A stretch of 64,000 bases of DNA. Origin: Verrucomicrobiota bacterium. Its GTDB lineage: Bacteria > Verrucomicrobiota > Verrucomicrobiia > Verrucomicrobiales > DEV007. This document shows positions 56,805 through 64,000 of the stretch, piece by piece (position 1 is the stretch's first letter; each line of letters begins with the position of its first letter). The stretch covers positions 15,063 through 79,062 of the forward strand of contig JBCDBW010000002.1 in assembly GCA_039182965.1 (NCBI GenBank). Direction: 5' to 3'. The position numbers and the translations under genes are program-made. The notes under the pieces were generated by a model, which had not been told where the DNA came from, did no database searches, and was given only the letters and a program-made list of their open reading frames with translations.

Positions 56805-57190
56805 TGGGCCGGAGTCTTATTTGGAACTTATCCATGAGGGGAAGAGGGACAAATTCTTTTCGAAGGAGGCAGCGGTGGTTGGCAGAGTTCGCGGGCGTTA
56901 TTTTTGGAGAGGAGCTGTTTCGGTGTTGGAGGCGGATTTCTGGGGGGAAATTCTTGACGGGAATTCCGGTTCACGATTCTTCGCCTATTGGTATTTTCCG
57001 GAAGTGGTGGCCATTGGTCTTAATTCGATCGAACGAGTGCACTTGAGAAGAGCGTTGCGGACGATCCGGAGGATCGTTCTTACGGGGAGGGGGAGGAAGA
57101 GAGTCTGTCCGTGCCAGAAACGAAGTTCTTCCTGGGGAGTGTTGTCTGCCCGCAAGGAGAGGAGAGGGAGAGATAAAAGTGAGATGGGTT

Positions 57191-57973
57191 CTAGAGGAGT
57201 TGGTGGAGGGTGGGGCCGATTTCGTTCTGAATGATCACATCGGCAACGGTATCGAGAGGGGTCTCGGTGCGATTGATGATAATGAGTTTGGCGCCATTTT
57301 GCTTGGCGATGAGTGGGAAACCGGCGGCGGGGTGGACGACGAGAGATGATCCGACGGCGATGAGGAGATCGCAGTCCTGGCAGAGGGTGGTAGCGCGATC
57401 GATGTTGGCGGCATTGAGGGATTGGCCGAAGGAAATCGTGGCGGGTTTGAGAAGGCCGCCGCAGGATTGGCATTCGGGTGCGGGGTCACCGGCGGCGATG
57501 CGGTCACACGCTTCGTCCATGGATATCGTGGCGCTACAGGAGAGGCAAGATACCTCGACGGTAGTGCCGTGAAGCTCGATAACTTGATCTGCGGGAAGGC
57601 CGGCTTTTTGATGAAGGCCCTCGATGTTCTGGGTAATCATGGCGAGGAGTTTTTCGGAGTGATGGAGGTCGGCGAAGAATTGGTGACCGGCATTGGGGTT
57701 GGCGTCGCGCATTTCGGGCCACATTGAGGATTTTTGGCGCCAATACTCGATGCGGTCAGCGCGGTTTGCGACGAATTGGTCGAAGTAGACAGTGCGGTTG
57801 TTTGCCCAGATGCCATCGGGGGAGCGGAAGTCGGGGATTCCGGATTCGGTGGAGATGCCGGCGCCACTGAAGCCGACGATTTTTGAAGCGCTAGCGACGA
57901 GTTCCCGGGCGCGCTTGATGATTGGCGTTGCTTCGGTCGACGGGCCGTTCGGGTGATCGGGAGAGTAGGGCAT
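57191..57973 (-). CDS. cobB: NAD-dependent protein deacylase (Sir2/CobB family)
   Basis: GAGISTESGIPDFRSPDGIW, QNIEGLHQKAG, ELHGT, and Zn ribbon CLSC...CQSCGG. Confidence 0.88.
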   Translation of the reverse strand: MPYSPDHPNGPSTEATPIIKRARELVASASKIVGFSGAGISTESGIPDFRSPDGIWANNRTVYFDQFVANRADRIEYWRQKSSMWPEMRDANPNAGHQFFADLHHSEKLLAMITQNIEGLHQKAGLPADQVIELHGTTVEVSCLSCSATISMDEACDRIAAGDPAPECQSCGGLLKPATISFGQSLNAANIDRATTLCQDCDLLIAVGSSLVVHPAAGFPLIAKQNGAKLIIINRTETPLDTVADVIIQNEIGPTLHQLL

Positions 57974-58036
57974 TGTGTGGGGGCAGTTGGAGGATTCACG
58001 CTCTAGTAGACCTGCGAGTGGCAGTGTCCTCGATGG

Positions 58037-58831
58037 TCATCCCGTCTTTCTTGGTGCGAGGTGTTTGGTCAGGAATCGTTGAGGGGCGCGGAAGCGGGAC
58101 CAGTTTTCGAAAAATCGGGAATCGGCAGCAAGGTTTTCGGGTGTGCGAAGGCTGGTGCGAGCTTCAGAGACGATTGTCCGGGGGATGCCGTCGAGCTCAA
58201 GCAGGTTCAGCACCATGCGGGCGAGTTTGGGATTCTTGTTAGTGAGCTGGTGTTCTTCCTGTCCGGGGATATATCCGGGAAGGTGGACGTGACGAACCTT
58301 GGAACCGTATTTCCAGAGGAACACCTTCATTTCGTGGCGCAACTCTGGGAAGGGGCAATCCTCGAGGCTGTATTTCCACAAGTGTTCGACATCGAGGGTG
58401 AGGTGATTGTGCGTTTCGGCCCAGCGATAGAACGCTTCGTATCGAACCTTTCCGTTTTCGACGGCAAGACAAAGAGGCTTTTTCTTCTTATCAAGTTCGG
58501 CGTGATATTTTTGAAGCATGCCCGGGTGAATAATCATGACGGAACATTGAAGGGAGCGGTAGAGCTTGATGATTTTTTTTATTTTTCTCGTGGCGATGGG
58601 TCCCTTGTTGGGGAAGTGCAGTGTGTAACGCATGGGGAAGCGTTTGACTGCATCGACGGACGCGTTCCAGTCTCTGAGAGCGGCGGCGTTCAGGGATACT
58701 TCGGCGGCGCGGTATCCGGCATCCCATGCGGTTTCCATATTTGCCACGGTGGGATGTAGTTTTGTAGCGAAGGTCAGCATGTCACCATTGCGTGAAAGGA
58801 ATGGTGTGCTGAGGGTGGTTGAGAGAAGCAT
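58037..58831 (-). CDS. xylose isomerase-like TIM-barrel (sugar phosphate isomerase/epimerase family) protein
   Basis: Pattern YTLHFP, VMIIHPG, LAVENG and LTLDVEHLW is typical of the AP-endonuclease-2/xylose-isomerase-like fold. Function unknown. Confidence 0.5.
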   Translation of the reverse strand: MLLSTTLSTPFLSRNGDMLTFATKLHPTVANMETAWDAGYRAAEVSLNAAALRDWNASVDAVKRFPMRYTLHFPNKGPIATRKIKKIIKLYRSLQCSVMIIHPGMLQKYHAELDKKKKPLCLAVENGKVRYEAFYRWAETHNHLTLDVEHLWKYSLEDCPFPELRHEMKVFLWKYGSKVRHVHLPGYIPGQEEHQLTNKNPKLARMVLNLLELDGIPRTIVSEARTSLRTPENLAADSRFFENWSRFRAPQRFLTKHLAPRKTG

Positions 58832-58887
58832 TTTGAGCTGAAGAGATCAAGCTTGAGTTCCGGTGAAAAGGATTTTGGTTTGGAACA

Positions 58888-59739
58888 ATGGAGGAGGGGA
58901 GTCTCAAAGGGAAGATTTGCCATGGAGGATTGGAGAGAGATGAGTTTCTTTTCAGGCCGGACTCGGAGATGTGGCGGGTGAACCGGGAACGGTGTGGTCT
59001 TATATACGGACCTGCAGCGGCGATTTTGCAGATTGCGCATCCGCGGATTGCACAAGGGGTGTACGACCACAGTGATTTTCGCGGGGATACCTTGGGGCGA
59101 TTGCAGAGGACCTTGCGGGGAACGAACGGGATTGCGTTTGGGCGCATCTCGGAAGCGGAGGCGATGAAAGCGCGGCTATCGGCGGTTCATGGCGAGGTAC
59201 GCGGTGAAGTTTTGGAGGGGGTTGAAGGGCGGCGAGGGTATTCGGCGTTTGAGCCGGAGTTGTTGGTGTGGGTGTTGGCGACTTTGGTGATCGCGGCGTT
59301 ACGCGGATATGAATTGATATACGGGGAAGTGTCTTTGGATCGGAAGGAACGGTTTTACCGGGATATGTGTCGATTTGGGACGTATTTTGGAGTGAATGAA
59401 GCTGATTGTCCGGAGGGGTGGGGGAAATTTGAGACGTACTACGAAGAAATGATTGAGGGTGACCTGTTAGGTGGTCATGCCATATGCGCTGAATTAGCGG
59501 AAGTGATTGTTCACCCTCGGGATACGATGGGGACGCGTTTATTGGGACGTGGCATTGATTTTATGGCAATTGAGTTGTTGCCGGATCGGGTGCGAGAGCG
59601 ACTGGGATTGCGATCGACGGCGTGGACGAGGGCACGGATGAGGGTGGCTCGCCTTGTGTTGCGGCGTGCATGGATTCATGTGCCGCGAAGATGGCGATTT
59701 TATCCCGAGTATCTGAGGGCGACTAGTCGTTCGACTTAG
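58888..59739 (+). CDS. DUF2236 (MpaB-type oxygenase family) protein
   Basis: RVNRERCGLIYGPAAAILQIAHPRIAQGVYDHSDF is characteristic of DUF2236. Confidence 0.75.
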   Translation: MEEGSLKGKICHGGLERDEFLFRPDSEMWRVNRERCGLIYGPAAAILQIAHPRIAQGVYDHSDFRGDTLGRLQRTLRGTNGIAFGRISEAEAMKARLSAVHGEVRGEVLEGVEGRRGYSAFEPELLVWVLATLVIAALRGYELIYGEVSLDRKERFYRDMCRFGTYFGVNEADCPEGWGKFETYYEEMIEGDLLGGHAICAELAEVIVHPRDTMGTRLLGRGIDFMAIELLPDRVRERLGLRSTAWTRARMRVARLVLRRAWIHVPRRWRFYPEYLRATSRST

Positions 59740-59748
59740 GCCCATGAC

Positions 59749-60006
59749 CTAGTAGTGACAGGGGCGCTCGTAGCGTCGGTTGTAGTAGTGTTTTCCGCCG
59801 CGGTATTGGTCGCGATTGTTATCGGCAATGGCGTATCCGACGAGTCCGGCAGCGGCGATGCCGGCGACGGCGAGGGCGGGGTCCACCGTTTGGACGGGGC
59901 GTCCGTAGGCGTCGTAGGTAGTGGTGCAGCTGGTGGCAGTGAGGCCGACGAGGGCCAGGGCGACTGCGAGGATTTTAAGGGAAAAAGCGGATTTCAGTAT
60001 TTTCAT
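59749..60006 (-). CDS. small glycine-zipper lipoprotein
   Basis: 85 aa. Lipobox LTATSC. Glycine zipper AVAGIAAAGLVGYAIA. Confidence 0.6.
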   Translation of the reverse strand: MKILKSAFSLKILAVALALVGLTATSCTTTYDAYGRPVQTVDPALAVAGIAAAGLVGYAIADNNRDQYRGGKHYYNRRYERPCHY

Positions 60007-60051
60007 GGTCCATTGGACGGGCTCCGCGGGAGAATATTCGGGGAATTTTTC

Positions 60052-60825
60052 TCATGACGTTTCGGCTTGCTGGAGCTCTTCCATGGCATGGAGGGTGCCG
60101 GCGACGGTTCCGAAGGTGGGGGCGATCATCCAGCCGACGATGGGGATGGCGAGGAGGAGGAAGTATCCGGCACCGAGGCCGGTCGCGAGGGCGCGATGGG
60201 ATTTTGCGTAGGCGATGCTTTCGTCGACGGAGAACCCTTTGTATTCGAGTGGAAAATCGATGAGACCGAAGCCGACGAAGCGCGATTCGATGAGGAACAC
60301 GAGGGTGGTGGTGAAGAGGGCGAGCGGAGGGACGAAGAAACCGATGGCGAGCAGTGAGAGAGTGGCGGAGAGCTCGAGGAAGATGGAGCGGGTATTGATG
60401 TAGACGCTTCGCTTGAGGGCGGCTTTGAAGTCGAGTTTGATTTTGAATTGGGTTCCTTCGAGTCCCCGGACGGTGAGTTCGGAGAGTCTTGCGAGGAAAG
60501 GGGCGAGAACGATCAGGACGATACGTTTGTGAAGGAAAACGAACACGGCGAGCATGGCGAAAGCGCCGAGGATCCCGGCGATCCAGTTGATGGTTTCGTC
60601 GAGCCAGCGGACGGGAATGTCGACTGTTCGGTCGACGTATTGAGAGAGGGCAATGGCGGAGAGGATGACAATAGTGAGGATAGCGAGGCTCAGCAGGAAG
60701 CTGAGAGCGGCGGGGGCGAGAAGGTAGTGGCCGAGGCGGTAACGGCGGACTGTGCCGGGGACACGCAGGTAGGCGCGGAGCCCTGAGAGGATGCCGTGGA
60801 CGTAATTTCTTTTTGAGGCGGGCAT
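60052..60825 (-). CDS. EI24/CysZ-family (DUF540) membrane protein, putative sulfate transporter
   Basis: 257 aa, polytopic. APFLARLSE and DFPLEYKGFSVDESIAY align by eye with E. coli CysZ APFNGLLAE and DYPFDNHKVPFKEM. Confidence 0.6.
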   Translation of the reverse strand: MPASKRNYVHGILSGLRAYLRVPGTVRRYRLGHYLLAPAALSFLLSLAILTIVILSAIALSQYVDRTVDIPVRWLDETINWIAGILGAFAMLAVFVFLHKRIVLIVLAPFLARLSELTVRGLEGTQFKIKLDFKAALKRSVYINTRSIFLELSATLSLLAIGFFVPPLALFTTTLVFLIESRFVGFGLIDFPLEYKGFSVDESIAYAKSHRALATGLGAGYFLLLAIPIVGWMIAPTFGTVAGTLHAMEELQQAETS

Positions 60826-60932
60826 GGGGAGCGGGGTCTTCTTTCGAAATTATCGGTCTTAGACGGAGTGAGGCAAGCGGGTGATGAGGAGTTGTTTCAG
60901 GTGAGGGTTGCGATTAGCGTTTCGAGGGGCGG

Positions 60933-61874
60933 ATGGATATGCTGAGAAGGAAGATGAGAGATACTGTTGTTGTCCTTTTGGCAATGGGATATTGCTTGGC
61001 TGGGACGGTGATGGCGCGGACTTGGACGTCCACGGATGGGCGGACGATTGAGGCTGAATTTGTGAGTGCGACGGAGGAGGAAGTCACGATACGGCGTGAA
61101 TCGGACGGGCGCACGTTCGCGATCAAGTTGGATACGTTGTCCGAGGGTGATCGGAAGGAAGTGGCGGAGCGACTAGCGGCGGAGGGGCGTCCGGCGGCGA
61201 TTGAGGCGGGGCCGTATTTGGAATTATTGGATGAGGAGTGGGCTTCGTTTGTGTATGAGGATGAATTGCCGGTGCGGCTGTACGGTCCGAAGCGGACGAA
61301 GGCGACGGATTTGCTGCCGTTGGTGATCTATTTGCATGGCGTGGGGCAGAAGGGGGAGGACAACGAGCGGCAGTTGGGCGGGGACGTGCGGAAGTTTGCG
61401 GACGAGGAGAACTTTGGGGAGCGGCCGTGTATTGTTGTGGTGCCGCAGTGTGCGGAAGACAGTAATTGGAAGGGGGAATCGGGGCAGCAGTTGATCAAGT
61501 TGGTGAAGGAGATGTTGGAATTGGCGCCAGTGGACGCGTCCCGTGTTTATTTAACGGGGTATTCGATGGGTGGGTATGGGACGTGGGCATTGCTGGCTCA
61601 GGAGCCGGAATTATTTGCAGCGGGGATACCCGTGGCGGGCGGGGCGAATCCCAACCAGGCTGAGGCGTTGAAGGATATCCCGATCTGGGCCTTTCATGGC
61701 GCGAAGGATCCGACTGTCAAAGTGGAGCAATCGCGTGGGATCGTAGAGGCCTTAAAGGCGATCGATGGAAAGATCAAGTATACGGAATATCCGGATAAGG
61801 ATCATGGGATTTCCTGGGATGTATTTGGGGATGGCGAGATGCATGAGTGGTTGTTTTTGCAGAAGCGTGAGTGA
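60933..61874 (+). CDS. SHD1 domain + alpha/beta-hydrolase (esterase) protein, paralog A
   Basis: Signal peptide. SHD1 domain RTWTSTDGRTIEAEFVSATEEEVTIRRESDGRTFAIKLDTLSEGDRKEV. Hydrolase part LVIYLHGVGQKGEDN with GYSMGG nucleophile elbow, GAKDPTV and DKDHG. Confidence 0.8.
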   Translation: MDMLRRKMRDTVVVLLAMGYCLAGTVMARTWTSTDGRTIEAEFVSATEEEVTIRRESDGRTFAIKLDTLSEGDRKEVAERLAAEGRPAAIEAGPYLELLDEEWASFVYEDELPVRLYGPKRTKATDLLPLVIYLHGVGQKGEDNERQLGGDVRKFADEENFGERPCIVVVPQCAEDSNWKGESGQQLIKLVKEMLELAPVDASRVYLTGYSMGGYGTWALLAQEPELFAAGIPVAGGANPNQAEALKDIPIWAFHGAKDPTVKVEQSRGIVEALKAIDGKIKYTEYPDKDHGISWDVFGDGEMHEWLFLQKRE

Positions 61875-61936
61875 TGAGGGGGTCTTTGCGAGGGGACGGT
61901 CTGGGTTCTTGACGGGGTGAGTGGCGAGGGGGTTGA

Positions 61937-62875
61937 ATGAGAGTTATGAAGTTGCTTTGGACGACAGGGGTGCTGTGGGGAATTCTCTCTGGGGTGGTCA
62001 TTGGGCAGGACATCAGGACGTGGACGTCGGAGGATGGGCGGACGATGGAGGGGGAATTGCGGGAGTTTACGGAGGAAGAGGTGCGGGTGATGCGACGGTC
62101 GGATCTGAATATCGTTACGATTCCGTTGGAGAAATTGAGTGAGGACGATCAAGCATATGTGCGGTCGTTATTGATTGGCGAAGCGCGGGCGGACGGGTTG
62201 AAGGAGGGACCGTATGCGGAAATGATCACGGGTGAGTTTGTGCGGAGTACCACGGAGGGCGGGATGCCGTTTCAGTTTTGGGGGTCACCGGACTTTAAGA
62301 AGGGGGAGGAGTATCCCTTGGTTCTGGCGTTGCATGGTGGTGGAACGCGAGGTGGTGATGAGGATTGGCCGCCGGGGACAGCGGCGACCATTTGGACGAA
62401 GGAAGAGTTGCAAGAAGAGCGGCCATGTTTTGTGGTGGCCCCACGGTGTCCGGAGGACAAGAGTTGGCGTGGGGAATATGGGGACAAGGCAGCGGCCTTG
62501 GTGCGGGCGTTGTCGGACGCGCTTCCGATTGACCGAAATCGGATTTATGTGACGGGGAGTTCTTTGGGCGGGGGAGGGAGTTGGTATCAGATCAGTTCGC
62601 ATCAAGATTTGTATGCGGGGACCGTGTTGATGGCGAATGGTGGGCCCGTGCCGGATTTGGAAACGTTTAAGGATTTCCCCATCTGGCAATTCCATGGGGA
62701 GCTTGATGTGGACACTCCGGTTGACGGGGCGCGGAAGATGGCGGAGGCGATGGAGAAAGCGGGGGCCTCGAATTATGAATACACCGAGCTTAAGGGAGCG
62801 CCGCATTCCGTGGGCGGGCTGGTTTATCCTGATGTGAAGGTTCAGGAGTGGTTGTTTTCCCAGTCGAGGGAGTAG
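61937..62875 (+). CDS. SHD1 domain + alpha/beta-hydrolase (esterase) protein, paralog B
   Basis: Signal peptide. RTWTSEDGRTMEGELREFTEEEVRVMRRSDLNIVTIPLEKLSEDDQAYV. GSSLGG, GELDVDTPV and GAPHS. Lies 62 nt after paralog A. Confidence 0.8.
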   Translation: MRVMKLLWTTGVLWGILSGVVIGQDIRTWTSEDGRTMEGELREFTEEEVRVMRRSDLNIVTIPLEKLSEDDQAYVRSLLIGEARADGLKEGPYAEMITGEFVRSTTEGGMPFQFWGSPDFKKGEEYPLVLALHGGGTRGGDEDWPPGTAATIWTKEELQEERPCFVVAPRCPEDKSWRGEYGDKAAALVRALSDALPIDRNRIYVTGSSLGGGGSWYQISSHQDLYAGTVLMANGGPVPDLETFKDFPIWQFHGELDVDTPVDGARKMAEAMEKAGASNYEYTELKGAPHSVGGLVYPDVKVQEWLFSQSRE

Positions 62876-62881
62876 GGGCGA

Positions 62882-64000
62882 CTATTTTTTCTTATCTCCC
62901 TTTCCGGCCAATTCCGCTTCCCGTGTGGCGAGGAAATCGTGGGAAATTTGTTTGGCTTTTTCGCGGTCGGCGGCGTCGTAGTCCCAGAATTCCTGGATAA
63001 TGGCTTCGACTTCGGGGTAGTCTTCGCCGGTGTCACCGACGGCGGTGCGGAGTTCGGAGAGTTGTTCTTTGAGTTCTTTGATGACGCCTTCGTATTCGGG
63101 GTTATCGTATTGATTGACCGTTTCCTGGGGATCGTTTTTGAGGTCGTATAGTTCCCATGCGGGCGGGGTGCGGTATTCGCCTTTGTAGTTTGCTCCGTAG
63201 TAGAAGATGAGCTTGTGGTCCTTGGTGCGGATGCCGACGTGGCCGGGGTTATCGTGGTGGGCCATGTGCATCCAGTAGCGGTAGTAGGCGGCTTTTTTCC
63301 AGTCGTCGGGTTCTTCGGTTGTTTCACAGATTTCCTTAAAGCTGCGGCCTTGAACGGAATCGGGAATATCGATGCCGGCGAAGTCGAGCATGGTGGGAGC
63401 AAAATCGACGTTCTCGACGATGGCATCGGTGCGGGAGCCGGCGGGGATGGACTCTGGGTAGCGAATGAGGAAGGGCATGCGCTGGGATTCCTCATACATC
63501 CAGCGTTTATCCTGGTAATCGTGTTCACCGAGCATGAAGCCTTGGTCGCCGGTGTAGATGATAATGGTATTATCCATGAGATCGTTTTCTTCGAGGTAAG
63601 CGAAGAGGCGGCCGAGATTATCGTCGATACCCTTGACGCAGCGGAGGAATTTCTTGAGGTAAACGTTGTAGGCCATCTTCTTGATTTCGTCGTCGAGGTA
63701 GTAACCGGGATCGAAGTTGGCGGGATATTCTTCGGGGAATTTTTTCGGGAGGTCTTTGGAATAGGAGCGGCGGGGGTTGCGGTCTCCGATGGAGGTGCCG
63801 ATGTGGGGGATGAGTTCATCGTTATGGCCGCGGGTAGCGATGGAGCCGAACTTCGGGTCGTGGGAGTTCCAGAGGGTATCGGGTTCCGGGATATCGATAT
63901 CTGCGAGGTAATCCTGGTATCGCTCCGCATTTTCGAAGTAGTCGTGCGGGGCTTTGTAGTGGTGCATGAGGAAGAAGGGTTTTGACTTATCGCGTTTGTT
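62882..64000 (-). CDS. sulfatase (S1 family), C-terminal part; N-terminus beyond right window edge
   Basis: The frame stays open upstream of the track ATG (…NKRDKSKPFFLMHHYKAPH). IIIYTGDQGFMLGEH and ESQRMPFLIRYP are typical sulfatase C-terminal blocks. The active-site motif lies outside the window. Confidence 0.85.
   Translation of the reverse strand, partial: NKRDKSKPFFLMHHYKAPHDYFENAERYQDYLADIDIPEPDTLWNSHDPKFGSIATRGHNDELIPHIGTSIGDRNPRRSYSKDLPKKFPEEYPANFDPGYYLDDEIKKMAYNVYLKKFLRCVKGIDDNLGRLFAYLEENDLMDNTIIIYTGDQGFMLGEHDYQDKRWMYEESQRMPFLIRYPESIPAGSRTDAIVENVDFAPTMLDFAGIDIPDSVQGRSFKEICETTEEPDDWKKAAYYRYWMHMAHHDNPGHVGIRTKDHKLIFYYGANYKGEYRTPPAWELYDLKNDPQETVNQYDNPEYEGVIKELKEQLSELRTAVGDTGEDYPEVEAIIQEFWDYDAADREKAKQISHDFLATREAELAGKGDKKK

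Noticed and set aside
56821-57234. 137-aa plus-strand ORF in the Sir2/TPR spacer
   Set aside because: Arg/Gly-rich low-complexity translation that runs into the sirtuin gene on the opposite strand. No start context or motif.
57191-57973. Sir2-domain gene as a possible anti-phage defence component
   Set aside because: It is a compact 260-aa CobB-type sirtuin with the Zn ribbon and no fused or adjacent effector or sensor (no HerA, TIR, pAgo, DSR-type extension). It reads as housekeeping deacylase.

Overview
GC-rich bacterial chromosomal segment with no rRNA, tRNA, CRISPR array or mobile element that I could see. All domain calls come from reading motifs in the supplied translations, not from searches. 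The gene content points to a sulfated-polysaccharide degrader of the Planctomycetota/Verrucomicrobiota (PVC) group: 11 S1-sulfatase catalytic domains in 9 genes, three giant CxxCH-motif PSCyt/PSD-type proteins each paired with a Tat-signal DUF1501 or DUF1552 partner, DUF1080 domains in three to four proteins, a ThuA-like protein, and SHD1-esterases. Layout: (i) 635-22440, a 22-kb co-directional plus-strand locus of 13 genes with no gap above about 70 nt. It holds 3 paralogous GH-like TIM-barrel proteins, an embedded discoidin-sensor histidine kinase with a NarL-type regulator, 4 sulfatase genes (one a tandem fusion), CBM-DUF1080, DUF1549/1553+DUF1501, and a Tat TIM-barrel protein. (ii) 22497-28109, a housekeeping/stress island with a P3A-type H+-ATPase and divergent fur-katG. 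(iii) 28258-33253, a secreted hypothetical protein followed by a DUF1552 + DUF1592-family pair. (iv) 33278-37535 on the minus strand, a TctC-TctB fusion, TctA and a signal-peptide-less sulfatase that overlaps tctA. (v) 38218-49435 on the minus strand, a 7-gene operon: ECF sigma, FecR anti-sigma with a CBM-like tail, DUF1592-family protein, DUF1552, tandem sulfatase, a sulfatase with an atypical CSTSR motif, and DUF1080. (vi) 49524-64000, a mixed region with DUF1080/ThuA, a sulfatase, mmuM-GNAT, a TPR protein, a sirtuin, DUF2236, a CysZ-like protein, two SHD1-esterase paralogs and a truncated sulfatase. The most interesting candidates are the ECF/anti-sigma-headed DUF1592/DUF1552/sulfatase operon and the TTT-transporter/cytoplasmic-sulfatase module.
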